From: Eledone cirrhosa
Lineage: Eukaryota
Direction of reading: 5' to 3'
NCBI GenBank assembly: GCA_964016885.1
Contig: OZ024742.1
Location: 290,594,001 to 290,658,000 of the forward strand
Length of the DNA stretch: 64,000 bases
In this document: positions 51,646 to 64,000 of the stretch, one piece after another
Layout of the letters: each line of letters starts with the position of its first letter
Position numbering within the stretch: position 1 is the first letter of the stretch
Translations under genes and position numbers: made by a program
The notes under the pieces: generated by a model
Databases searched by the model: none
Told to the model about the DNA's origin: nothing
The model's input: the letters and a program-made list of their open reading frames with translations, nothing else

Positions 51646-51762
51646 TTATTTTGTATAGAAATGATATCTACAGGGCTAGCACTGTTTTATTTGTTTGAAT
51701 GATGATTTCAACTGAATAAAACAGTGCCAGCCCTGTAGAAGTCATTTCTATCCAAAATGAAT
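51646..51762. repeat. Small imperfect hairpin (MITE-like)
   Basis: CTACAGGGCTAGCACTGTTTTATT ... AATAAAACAGTGCCAGCCCTGTAG. Confidence 0.7.
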
Positions 51763-52349
51763 TTATATATATACATAAACAGCCAAGTTCACACTATATG
51801 CAAATGAGCATTTCCAACTGATGTTTTCTATTTGCTATATGCAGTATGCGTTGAATGTGTGCCATTGTTGAAAGATTAACAAATCTTGAAACAGCACTGT
51901 CTGACATTCTCAAAAACATACTGGCAACTTTGTGATATATTCACAGAGGAAAATAGAAAAATATAATCTTTTTGTTAAGAAAACATATTTTTCTTTGACA
52001 GCAAAGCTACCCAAATGTTTATTGTAGATAAAGGTATAATGTATATTTATATGTGTTTTCATATACATTTCCATTATACTTAAAAGCTGTCTTAGTGCTA
52101 CAGTCAATTAAATGTACCATATATACTCGAATATAATCCAAGGAATATGTAACCAAAAAATCGATGGTAAAATGGGGGATCAGCTTATATTCGGGGTCAA
52201 TATTTTGACGATTTTCACCAACTTCCAATCTTACATAGATAAGGTGCTAAAATATCTGAAATGTTTTTCTACATTTCCTCTATAGTCAGGAGTTTTATTT
52301 ATAGATTGTCTTAAGAACATTCCCACAAAATTTCATCATTTGAACTTGG

Positions 52350-52572
52350 GTGGTGGATTGGCAGTATCGGTAGAGTGTCAACACCATGCTTTGCAGCATA
52401 GAGTTATGGCTCTTTACGTTCTGAGTTCAAATCCTGTCGAGGTTAGCTTTGCTTGTCATCATTACAGGGTCGATAAAATAAAGTACCAGTAATGCACTGG
52501 GGTTGATTTAATCGACCCCCCCCCCCCCATAAAAAATTACCTGCCTTGTGCCTAAAGTAGAAACAATTATTT
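52350..52572 (+). mobile_element. Older tRNA-derived SINE (OR2-like); related decayed copies at about 56380-56620, 57060-57200, 57260-57570, 58590-58740
   Basis: TGGCAGTATCGG box A-like, GAGTTCAAATCC box B-like, GTCGATAAAATAAAGTACCAG body. Confidence 0.6.
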
Positions 52573-53253
52573 AAGCTTTTTAATACATAAATATCACCTA
52601 CACATACATGCACATGTGTACATAAACACTGACTGTTTTTCTCTATAACTTATGTAAATATACCTTTTCTTGCAATCTTGTTTGGTTTTATCTTCATCAG
52701 TCTCTCTCCCGTCTCTTTCGTCCTTTCTTTTCCTCCCTCTGTCTCTCCTCTCTGTCTTGCTTACTGTAAAAAATCTACCTGCAGCTTCAATACTTGTAGA
52801 ACATAACATTTTTTCCAAGAGTTTCACAATACGCATTTCATTTGATGTGTATATTAAATAAATTTCTGTTACATTCAGGAGATTGTTCTATTGTCTTCTT
52901 AGAAAAAAAAAGTAAAATACTCCCAGTATGTCAGTGGCCAGAGAAGTAAAAAAAAAATTCGAAAAACTTGAAACTTTATAAAATTACTGGATTTGTGAAA
53001 CAAAAACTATACTCTAAATGACACTTACAACATTTAAATATCAAAATATTAAAACTTTCTAAATATTTTCTCCACTCATGAGAATTTGAAAACAGCACCA
53101 TAATATCTTGATTAGCTGCCTCAGCTTATAAACGAGGTTTGGATTTTTGTCCATTTCTCATACATAAAATAGTGTGGGGAGGTCATCTTATATTTGAGTA
53201 TATATGTTATATATATTTTGTGTAAAAATATTACTAAAGCAAACTATTTGCAG

Positions 53254-53502
53254 GTGGACAAGTAATTCAGTATGAGTCTGATAAGATCATGCAGGCAAGA
53301 CGCAGCGAAGTGCCAACTGGTCATGTTGTTTCTACAAGCGCTGGCAAACTCAAATGTAAAACTATCATCCATGCAATTGGACCTGTTTGGTATGGTGGCC
53401 ATAAAAGGGAATTGTTTTTTCTTGAGAGTGTTGTTAAAAATTGTCTGAAATTTCTGGATGAACATTCTTATACATCAATTGCAATTCCAGCTATCAGTAC
53501 AG
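53254..53502 (+). CDS. PARP14/PARP9-like macro-PARP, exon D (macrodomain 1 core)
   Basis: ttgcag acceptor, G|GTGAGT donor, phase 1-1. Encodes GGQVIQYES...TSAGKLKCKTIIHAIGPVW...SIAIPAISTG. Confidence 0.95.
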
Positions 53503-54731
53503 GTGAGTGTTCAGCATTTTTAATATTATTCTGTTTAAAATATTACAGAGGAGTGATGGGAATAGAACAGTGATAAATGAGATGGTTGGGTTATGTTTTG
53601 AGGATGGATAAAAGTGTTTTGGTGATAGGAGTGATGGAAATAGTCAGTGATGAATGTTGTGAAGAAAAATGGGATGGCTGGATTGTGTGTTAAGGAAGGA
53701 TGAAAGTGAGAGGAATAGAACCAATGATAAGTATTGTGAAGAGACATGGAATAAGATGTTTGGATCGTGTTTTGAGATGTTTATTTTAAAGAGTGTGTAT
53801 TTATCTAAAAACTTCCATTATAATTCTATAAAAACCTTTAAGTTTTGTTTCAAACACCAGCTTAATAATGAAAAAGTTATATCACTAAATTTCTCCAAAT
53901 TCATAATCATTAATATTTTCAAAATGATTTAAAAATCATAAGTAGTGTGTTTCATTAAAAATATAGTAGTAAAATGATTAAAGTGTTTATATTTATCTAA
54001 AACCCTTCCATTATAATTTTATGTAAGGATATTGGTATAGTTGTTCCAAACTTCAGCTTAATAACGAGAAAGTTAGTTATATTACTTAATCCATCCAAAT
54101 TCTTGATTATTTAAAAAGTTATTTGAAAATCCTAGGCAGTGTCTTTCATTAGCAATATTATAACAAATTGTTTAAAAATACATGGATATACTAGATAAAT
54201 CCAATAGGGTTGTCATGCTTAGAATAACAGTCAAATAGTATCAAGACAACACACAGACACCTGTGTTCCACCAAATGTAGATGAAATCTAAAAGTGATGA
54301 TTCTACATGAAAAAGATTTTAACTATTTTGTTACCATATTTCTAATGAAAGCTAATAAAAGGTGAGGCAGACATGTCAAGAATTGCTGAGCTCTTTGGAG
54401 TGAGAACTAGCAGACATGGCTCTGGTTTGAAAGAAGGCTCTTGACAGGGCTTACGATTGTGATGGGTAGATATCTGATCACTCAATGTTCTATAGGAGAA
54501 ACCCACTCACTCCTCACTTGCACATAACTCACCACTCACATGTCACTCATCACCCACTCCTCACTCATTCCTCACTTGTACATAACTCACCACTCACATG
54601 TCATTAGCTGGTATCTGGAAGATAAGTGGTTCAATTCCTCACAGCAGTCGTTGGCAAATTCTTTTTCCATCTTTTAAGAGTCTTCACCATATTTTATAAG
54701 CTATGTTTATAGCATTTCTGTGCTTGAGCAC

Positions 54732-55901
54732 TGTTGTGCGTTCTAATATTGCAAAACTATAGCTCCAATTCCAAGCTTTTATTCAATATCTAGAATATAA
54801 AAACAGTAATTAGTCTTGAAGAAATATAACAATAATATTTGTAAGAAAAGAAAGATATGCAATAAAACAAAGTTATATTGAGGATAGATGAACTTCATAA
54901 CATTCTTCGCCGATTTTATTGTTCTTCAATATAGCGCTTGGGGGCTACGCGTATACGATTGCTTCGTCTCACGGGGTCAACAGGAACTTGCGGTAGGATG
55001 CTAGTGCTATTTGCCACGGGATTTAAATCAATCACGGTTTCATCTAAGAGTAGATCGTTACTGTGGTCGATGTTAAGTGGTCTCGGCATATCAGCAGGAC
55101 TGCTAATCGAACTGTTTTCTTGGATGGATTGATTGTCATTATTTTGACAATTAATTGGGCCAGGGGAGAGGTCTGCTGTTGAGACTGTACTAGATCTTCC
55201 ATTTTGATATCTGACAACCGCGAAATTAGCATTCACCATCTGTTCGATAATAACTTTATTCACTAATGGGTCGTTCTTTGTACGAATAAAGTTTCTAATA
55301 TAGGCGTCGTTTCCAACTCTAAGCCAATCTGGTAGGGAAAATCCTAAGGAACCCTTTCGATCGAATCTAAATATATGGTTATGGGGTGTCTCATTAGTCA
55401 CTGTACAGAGAAGTGATTGTTGCGAGGCAAGGACTTCTGGTATGATATCTTCCCACTTAGTTTCTTTAAGTTTGCGCGAGTTAATTATGCATTGAATTCC
55501 TTTCCAGAGGACTCCGTTGTAGCGCTCGTTTTGGCCATTTCCTTGTGGATGGTACGGCGAAGTGCGCGTGTGGGATATACCATTGGATAAGCAGAAATGA
55601 TCGAATTCTTTGGAGAGAAACTGAGTTCCTCGATCGAAGTGTATGAATGAGGGAGCTTCGAATATTGAGAAGATTTGTTTGAGACAGTTAATGACAGTGT
55701 TTGAGGTGATGTCACACATACCGAAAGCAAAAGGGAATCTGCTGAATTCGTCTACTGCAGTAAATAAGTATATGTTTCCTGCTTATATCTAGAATATAAA
55801 AACAGTAATTAGTCTTGAAGAAATATAACAATAATATTTGTAAGAAAAGAAGGATATGCAATAAAACAAAGTTATATTGAGGATAGATGAACTTCATAAC
55901 A
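54732..55901 (-). mobile_element. Internally deleted Gypsy LTR element retaining only integrase
   Basis: TG...CA ends and a 5-bp TSD AGCAC (54727-54731, 55902-55906). 3' LTR 54732-54902 and truncated 5' LTR 55785-55901 differ by one visible base. Open integrase frame: VDEFSRFPFAF, HFDRGTQF, PYHPQGNGQNERYN. Confidence 0.93.
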
Positions 55902-55916
55902 AGCACTTTCTTTATA

Positions 55917-55967
<51 letters not shown>

Positions 55968-56068
55968 TTGTATATTCTTAGTGCTTCAAAAGCCGAAAAT
56001 TTGACTTTGTACGTTGTTTTTATTAGAAATATATTTTTTTTAAATTAAAAATTTTTTTCTTTCCCCAG

Positions 56069-56242
56069 GAATTTTTGGAATCCCCATTGAAGAAGGAACC
56101 AAATGTATAGTGAAGTCTATTAAGTTTTATTTTGATAATGTCAATTCTAATATAAATCACATCTGTTTGATTGATTTGAGGAAAGAGGTTATTAGACATT
56201 TTAAGCTTCATCTTGAAAGATTGTTTGGAATTGCTGTAAAAG
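56069..56242 (+). CDS. PARP14/PARP9-like macro-PARP, exon E (macrodomain 1 C-terminus)
   Basis: ttccccag acceptor, G|GTAGG donor, phase 1-1. Encodes GIFGIPIEEGTKCIVKSI...HICLID, completing the AISTGIFG loop. Confidence 0.92.
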
Positions 56243-56986
56243 GTAGGATTTGCTATTTATTCTTTTATTATTTTACTGATTTCAGACATTATATTGTAAC
56301 CATGTTAAGGCTCTGCCTTGTAGGAATTTAGTTGGTCATACCAGACCCCCCCCCCCCTTCCCGAGTGCTTAGTTTTTCAAGTCTGGTACTTATTTTATTG
56401 ATCACTTTTTTATTTTTTTCAGTTGACCTGATAAGTTACAGGATATGAACACAGACACAAATGCAGGCACAGATATTCATACACATACAATACACACACA
56501 CACAAATATATGAAGGATTTCTGCAGTTTCCGTCTAACAAATTCTACTCATAAGGAACTGGTCAACCCTATAGTAGCAGACACTTGCCCAAGGTGCTGTG
56601 CAATAGAACTGAATCAAAAAGCACTTAGTCACGTCTACATTTATTTATTAAAATATTTTAATGACTTACTCTATTTTCCAAGTAAAAAGGTTTACTCTTT
56701 TGCACCCAATAAATGTTATGTCTTAAATCTACCTATATCTTATTCACATCTAAAAACGGCCCCCTTTTAGTCATAACTACCCGTGGGTTTACACTTGGGA
56801 AGTTAAAAAGTCTGTATCTGATTCACTTCTGTGTATTCTGTGTTCAAATCCCACCTCATTCTGCTAAAGGATGCTACTGGCAGACAGTATCATCAGAGTT
56901 TAATATCAAAATCTATATGTATCCTGTATACAACAATTTCCACTAAGGAACAAGACCACCAATTTTTATTTTTATTTTTATTTTTA

Positions 56987-57017
<31 letters not shown>

Positions 57018-58150
57018 TTTATTTATTTTTATTCCTGAAATTCATTCTAATCCTTGACTGATACTTTATTTTATTGACTGGAGAAGGATGAAAAGCAAAG
57101 TTGACCCCAAGGAATTTGAACTCAGAATATAAAAAGAGCCAGAGAAAATACCACAAAATATTTTGGCTGATGCTCTAACGATTCTGCCAGTCTACTACTG
57201 TCTTTATGAATATAGTAATAATGAAGATGGTTGTGGTTGTGATGGTGATGGTATTGTGTTGTACCACCATTGGTTCTGATGAGAGAGTTCCAGTTGTTCA
57301 ATCAATGAAACAGCTTGTTCTTGAAATTAACATACAATGGGCTGAGCATTCCACAAATACATGCACACTTAACATAGTTCTCAGGAAGATTTAGCATGAT
57401 AGTGGGTGATATGTTCCTTTGAATTACAGATACAACTCAATTTTTCTAGCTAAGTGGACTGGAAAAATGTGAAATAAAATGTCTTGCTCAAGGACACATA
57501 GCACCACTGGAAATCAAACTCATGACCTTATGATTGCGAATAAAACAGCTTAACCATTAAGCCATGTACCTTCACTGGTGATGGCGATAATATTAAAATA
57601 ATATTTATGTACACTATACACCAGCTATGTAATATACAAGGGGCAGCAGAAATATCTTCCATAATTTACAGGATCAACCATTAAAATGTGGCAGGTATTT
57701 TTGCCACAGCCTGTATTAGTAAAGCTGTATATTGGACAGGTATGCATAGTTTAGTACATTTTAATACCTAATTAATACCATTATTGATATTTCTCTTGTA
57801 AAATAATTCCCCCAAAACATAACTATTTACATTTCTCCTTAATTCATGAAAAAACTGAATCAATTACAGGTAATAGATATAGGTGAAATATTTGTAATTT
57901 ATTGCAGGTCATTACAGGTAATAGAGGTAGATGAATGTATTTGTAATTATACAGTAATTGTAAGTAATAGATAAAGGTGAAAATATTTGTAAATAATCAG
58001 TAATTATTGGTAACATATTTCAATGAACACTCAGTCCTCATTAAATGTATGATTAAACCTCTACCTGTCATGACCAATTTCTATTTTTTTTGTGCATAGT
58101 TTATATAGGAAAACATTATCCAATGTGTCATATCTTGTTAAAGACATTAA

Positions 58151-58371
58151 CCCTTTAGTATTTCCGTTACTCTGTATTTACTATTGTATTTTCACAGTAA
58201 AGGCTTTACCTCACACAATTATCTCACATAAAATCGAATCTATGAGATTTTGATTTTATTTATGTTGAGAACAATACCTTAACATTGGTATAAGTGGCTA
58301 GTTATGGCTGGTTTAAACAGAAAGGGATGAGAGAATTCTGGCTGGATATGACCGGTTTAAATGCTGAAGGG
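58151..58371. mobile_element. piggyBac-type MITE
   Basis: TTAA|CCCTTTAGTATTT...AAATGCTGAAGGG|TTAA. Confidence 0.7.
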
Positions 58372-59253
58372 TTAAAGTGTGATTTGTGGGAGATTCTGCA
58401 GCTGTTTCTTGGAGATGAATCAACAAGCATGTGGAATGGCCCTTTGTTGGTTTTGACAATGAGTATTCCAGGTATTTGATCACTAGGCTAGCATGCAGGT
58501 GGTTGAGCATTTCATTGATATGTTTACCTTTAACATAATTCTTGGGAAGATTCAATGTGACACAATATGTAATATGGCTGGCCATCCCATAAGTTTCCAA
58601 ACAGTTTCTGTCTACTTAATTTCCCTCGCCTGGCTTGGCCCAAGGCTATGGTAAATGATACTTGCTCAAGATGTCATGCAGTGAGATTTATCCTGAGACC
58701 TAATGATTTCAAATCAAACTATTTAACCATATGGTCATGCTGTATCAACATGCAACCATATAATGGCTCTGTCATTGGCCTTGTAATATATTTTATTAGC
58801 CATTCTTACCATATGATACTGTTTAGAAACTGATAAAATTACCAGTCTTTGTTTGACCATAGAGTCATAACTAACAAGTTTATGGAACAAACACCTGCTG
58901 ATGACTATGTGTGAGTCCTATTTGCTTATGTAGTTACTGTGGATGTGCCGTTATATATAACCACATGTACAGTTGGTGTGTATTAAAAACTACTATGGAC
59001 CAGGTAAACATATTTATTTTTTCCCCTGGGTATTTGTTAATGACTCCTGCAGGAGGTTCACGTGTCTATGCTATTTGTTCGTGTTCCTTTCTAATTTGAA
59101 TAATGAATTGCCACTCAAAAACAATGAATTTATTTCCTGTACGATTTAGTATTGATATTTGTCTGTCTATCTCTATTGATCTGTCTATCTATATTGATCT
59201 GTCTGTATGTCCACCTATTGGTTGATTAATAGATAGATAGATGGATAGATATA

Positions 59254-60626
59254 TTTCTTTATTTACCACAAGGGCGCACAAGAAAAGGGGACAATACAAA
59301 GACACATGCCGGGGATTTTACATACAGTCGTGTAAAAAAAAAATAAAACAAACAAACAATTATAACAATCGAAATCCCCAATAGGGGGGAGACGCCACAA
59401 ATGGGTTGTTTAATACCCCGTCGATAGAACAACCCTCAACTTCAGGAGCGTGTTGTGCAAGTGCTCCTTTCTTCCTTTTGCTCTCTTCTTTAACCTACAA
59501 GCTTATAATCAGAAGGCCCAATCACTCGGGCCATTTTCGCTTCATTCACCCACCTTTCAGTAAATTTACTCGGGTGCAGTGCCTCTCTCTCCACTCTGAT
59601 TCTTCTTCTAAAGTGATACTTAAAAAGGGAATCAAATGTTGTCCAGAGAGAAAGGCATCTGTCCTCTGTCCTCTCAATCTCATCCACCATATAACTTCTT
59701 TCACCATAGTCACTGTACAGAGGAAAACCGCCTCTCTTTCGTTTTTGAAACAGGCTGGCGGATTGATCCTTACTATGGCAGTCAACTGGATTTGTCCCAT
59801 ATGCAACAGCAGTTGTTTTGCATAGTTCCACAGGTCGCTTATGCCCGGGCAGTGTACAATTGCGTGCAAGACGCTTTCAATGTCCTGCTCGCATCTTGGA
59901 CACGTTCTCTTGGAAGGATCCCTGCCGGGGTGTCCGTGACTGTAGATCTTATCTCGAACGGATAGAGCTCCTCGGTAGCACTGCCAGGCCAGAGACCTCT
60001 GGAAGTTGTCCATAGGTCCCGGGCGGAAAGTCCTACCGAACAGACTGGTGAGCTCGTCGTCTTCGACGCCTAGAGTCTCCCCGAACACGTCGTCGCACTT
60101 GTAAAGTACTAACCCTCTATAGAATGTCGAAGTGGAGTCTCCACTGATTGCTGTGCCCGCTTGACAGAGGACTGTGATTGCCTGGGCGCATTCAATGTGC
60201 CAGGCGCCCATCTACTTCGATCTTCGCTTGACCCAGGACTGAAGCTCCGTCAGCGAGACAAGTTGTGGGAAGGCCTGTCTCACAAACGGTGCCCACACCG
60301 GTTGGTCGGTGAGGTATACCTGGAGATGCCGTAGCTTCAGCGCATGTTTGCGCATCATTAGCCACGGTATGCCCAGCTCTCCGTTGGAAGGGTGTTGACA
60401 GCAGACAGATCTCCTCAGCAGTGGAGCCTGCTTCTTCCACAGGAACTGGAAGAGCATGCGTTCCATCTTGGTGAGATATTCACGGAGTCAAGGCACGACA
60501 TTCAAGCGGAAGTAGATGACGGACGCTATGAAAGTGTTCGCCACCTCCGCTCGACCTTTCAAAGACAGTTTGCACACTGCCCACTTCTGGGTGAGCGCAA
60601 ATACCTTGGCCATGACCTCATTCCAG
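59254..60626 (-). mobile_element. 5'-truncated Tx1/L1-clade LINE, relative of 45453-50180
   Basis: WLMMRKHALKLRHL, PMDNFQRSLAW, CPRCEQDIESVLHAIVHCP; AATAAAGAAA 3' end; (GATA)n on both flanks. Confidence 0.9.
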
Positions 60627-60784
60627 TAGATAGATAGATAGATGGATAGACAGATAATGTACACACACGCTCACACACAGATAATGTACACACTCGCACA
60701 CACACACACACACATACATACATAATACTATTCTGCTATGTCAGTACCAGCCTTGTAAAATAGTATTTTTGTGTTTATTTTCAG

Positions 60785-60909
60785 GAAGGACTCCATCAAA
60801 GACAGCTGTTCCTGATTCTCAAAAAAAACATTTGTCTCCTAGCACCAATCTGGTATATTCAAAAAATATTGATATCAAAATAATGCTTGATTTAATTTCG
60901 AATGTCTCT
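60785..60909 (+). CDS. PARP14/PARP9-like macro-PARP, exon F (linker and probable start of macrodomain 2); gene continues past the window
   Basis: ttttcag acceptor in phase 1 and GTGAGT donor in phase 0. Encodes GRTPSKTAVPDSQKKHLSPSTNLVYSKNIDIKIMLDLISNVS. Confidence 0.7.
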
Positions 60910-61179
60910 GTGAGTAAACAATTTTATATCAAATATTTAAATTTACTTATTTTATTTTCAAATAATAAACTATTTATGTTGACTGAAACAGTAAAATGCA
61001 ACCTCTAAATTTTCTTCATATAACACTGTCAATCTTTTTAACCATTTTTCTACCAAACCAGCTGAAACTAACCCTGGTTGTATGATACAAAACTATTGGT
61101 TTTTCAAGCAATTATATTTATCTAAAAACCTTCCACCATATTTTATGCATAACCCTTAATTAAGAAACACCAGTTTAAC

Positions 61180-62612
61180 CCTTTAGCATTCACATTAATT
61201 TTCAAATCTCATGCGTATCTATTCACATTATTTTGAGTTAATTATACTCAAGAGGGTTATCAATTTTAGCAGATTTGAAATTTTGTCAGCAGATGTTAAA
61301 ATATTAATAATTTAGAATTGTATATTTTTACTGATATTTGTTTGTTAAATTTGACTTTTATGGGCAGGTGAAATTAATTAACAGGTGTAAAAGTAATGAC
61401 TTTATGGATAATCACAAAAATTTAAATTTATCTAACTTACCTGTTAGATTTGTTACAAAAAATATATAAAAATGACCTAGATGTTGACTTCCAACAATTT
61501 TAGCACTTTTCCGAACAGGTGAATTAATTTAAAATGCAGTATAATCAGTGCACAGTTTTAGTCTGTCTCTACGTTTTATGCAAATATTTTCATTGAAAAA
61601 AATGTATAAAACCCTTTCCCCAGTCAAAATAATATTGGCAATGTACTCTTACACAATGTACTCAGTAGATTTAAAAAGAATGTGCTCAATATTTAAGTTC
61701 ATTATCAGGTGTGACACAGGTGAATGCAGGTGTTTTTGTATCTAATATGCTCTAATATATTTTTTAAATATTCTTTTCAATATTGTCAGACAATATTCCT
61801 ATCATGATATTGGCCAAAACAGCCTTTACATAATGGCACTTTGCAAAAGGAACACATAAACATGAGGTTTCAATTGGATAATCTTTAGCAGTTTTTCTCT
61901 TTTGTAAAGAGCACATTCGGCAAACCATCAATTTTCTCCACTTTATGAAAATTAATATTTCTTTGTTCACCTCAGATAATTTTGACTTTCTCCCAGCTTT
62001 GTGTTTGTGAGAAGTATATCCTCCACGCAGCTGAGATGCGACATCCACACAAAATTTCATGTGGCAGTAGTCCTTTGGTGGTGGCGGATCCTTGTGGCTT
62101 TTAGTGAATACAATAAAAGAATTCACAATGGTTAAATTCACTAAAAACCACAAGATATATCTCCACCATTTCTTCCCAGGGCGTCCAACTGGGTAATATG
62201 CGCAATATTGGTCGGATTTGTCAACCCCGCCCATACATTTATTATAGGAGAGGAGGTTGACTAAAGGTTTACTTTCAGCCCCAACTCCTGGTTGCTGGTT
62301 AGAAGCAAAATTTGCCGTTTGTCTTTGTACAATGTGGCTAACATGTTCCCTTTTTGCACTTGGAGAGTGTCTCCTCTCTTTTTAAATTTTGTGATTCCCC
62401 ATTATTGTACCACAGGTGTACGTATTTATGAGGGCAAGATCCTCTGCTAGAAGCACTAAAGAAAAAAAACGGTCAAAATCTATGTGTCTGTGTTGAGAGT
62501 GGAATGGTTCAGTCAGAGACCACACAACATCATACCCCAATCTATTTTTTCTCTCTCCGTTGTGTTTCTTTCCTGTGTAAACATCAAAGTTTGCACAGTA
62601 GCCTGTGTCCGA
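61180..62612 (-). mobile_element. Degenerate piggyBac transposon
   Basis: SDTGYCANFDVYTG, DFDRFF, TCGTI, YNKCMGGVDKSDQ, KKWWRYILW and a Cys-rich C-terminus; candidate TTAA|CCCTTTAGCATT end near 61176-61191. Confidence 0.8.
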
Positions 62613-62619
62613 TGAGGTT

Positions 62620-64000
62620 AGAAAAAGCTATCTCACTTTCCGCTTTTCATAGGCGCCGCTAAATCCCACTGCTGGTTTCTCCTCTTCCACGTGCGTTCAA
62701 CTCCTTAACACCAGGAGCTGCCAAAACTCGCATCCACACTTGCTGGTTACCACTAGAGAGAGACCCATCTGCTGGCCCTTCTGGTCGAGCATCCTTCCTG
62801 CGAAGCACCCTTCCGGTCGAGCACTCGCCCGCTTCCGGCCACCGCACGCCACACCATACCCACACGCCCCCCTGATCTCAAGGATCAATTTCCCCCTCGT
62901 CCTTCTGCATATGAAAGTCTGCTGTCCAGGTTGGTGGTTTACGACTTCTTTGCGATCTCCGCAGTGTTGGGGCAGCACTTTGGGTTTCCTCTTCCTCGGA
63001 GTCTGTTCACACAGTGATTCTATGGACATCCAGGACATGAAGTGGTACTCCGTCCACGGACACATTGTTCTGGGAATTTACAGCCGTCACCGTTCCCCTT
63101 CCCCATTGAGATGTGCAACGTGCACCTGGGGGCTTAACCCAGAATTCTTTGCCCACCTGCACGAATGCACTCTCTCTCCCCACTGGCCGTTGTGCACGGT
63201 CCCGCACTCGTATCTGAATACTACTCTGTGTGGCACCGATTCCTCGACCTGTCCCACCCGAGGCGACATGTTGTACCAGAACACTGCCTCCATTGGTGAG
63301 ATATGGCCCCGCTCCGCCATTGCCTTGATCGTCCGGTGGTGTCGCTCCACAAATCCATTCCCGCTCGGCCTGTGCGCTGCTCTGAAGAAACGGTCCACCT
63401 TCCATCCATCGAGCCTCTCCCTCAGTGCCTCCGAGCGGAACGCTGCGCTGTTGTCCATCAGCAGTTCGTCCACAGGGACCCGCTCCAAGAACACCTCTCT
63501 CAACGTCTGCATGATTTCCTCGGCCGTTCCAGTCTTCATCTCCTTCCATATCGCCATCCGTCCTGGTCTACAGTCGACCATCGAGAGGTACGTCCCCTGT
63601 TGGTAGTGCGTTACATCCACCGTCAATCGCTTCCAGTCGCGATACACCGGGAGGCTTCCCGTTTCGTGCACACCCGGGGCGGGATCAATGGACTGACATC
63701 GGACGCAGCCTCTAACCACCCTTTTGAACACTGTCTGTTAATGTCCGAGTCGATTCTCCTGGCTAGGAACAGGCTCCTATCCACTCCCATGTGGTGCATG
63801 TCATGCAACCCTTTCAGATCCGACTCGGTCAGCTGACACACGGCAGCTATCTCATCTTCTACCTCCTCCGGCGCTTCCATCCAGGCTTTCTTCACCCTAG
63901 TGCGCCCTATTTTTCTCTGAGGGCACAAAAACTACGCTCAGCCTCAGGTCGAACTCGGTGGCCAGCTCTCCTAAAGTTCCCAGGCGGCGCTTTATCAGCA
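62620..64000 (-). mobile_element. Gypsy-like LTR retrotransposon fragment (RNase H end and integrase) interrupting the piggyBac
   Basis: GC-richer block with HDMHHMG...CVRCQ zinc finger, LTVDVTHY, LLMDNSAAF and PSGNGFVERHHRTIK; runs off the right edge. Confidence 0.8.

Noticed and set aside
54500-54605. ~59-bp tandem duplication, and a ~45-50-bp triple repeat at about 57860-58020
   Set aside because: Short local duplications with no further structure.
62740-63836. Long plus-strand ORFs (288 and 177 aa)
   Set aside because: Antisense shadows of the GC-rich integrase; the same applies to ORFs opposite the RTE and Tx1 elements.

Overview
AT-rich, repeat-dense eukaryotic DNA, not prokaryotic. 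The SINE structure, RTE LINEs and long (TA)n/(GATA)n tracts suggest a cephalopod, probably Octopus (inference). One host gene crosses almost the whole window on the + strand: a PARP14/PARP9-like macro-PARP with RRM-like modules, a KH-like region, a complete macrodomain 1 and the start of macrodomain 2. It has six supportable GT-AG exons (4561-60909, about 665 codons), runs off the right edge, and has introns of up to 30 kb. The introns hold a nested transposon landscape, mostly antisense to the gene: three Gypsy LTR elements, RTE LINEs with partner SINEs, a CR1 fragment, two Tx1/L1-clade LINEs sitting in (GATA)n tracts, Penelope (GIY-YIG) fragments, a DD37D/maT transposon, hAT and piggyBac relics, Helitrons and TTAA MITEs. 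The most unusual signal is a set of type I hammerhead ribozyme motifs in small non-coding foldback elements. One of these is a ~430-bp monomer present as two inverted, greater-than-unit-length, circularly permuted copies (27014-27955), a candidate circular-RNA retrozyme mobilised by Penelope machinery. All calls come from reading the sequence; no database searches were run.
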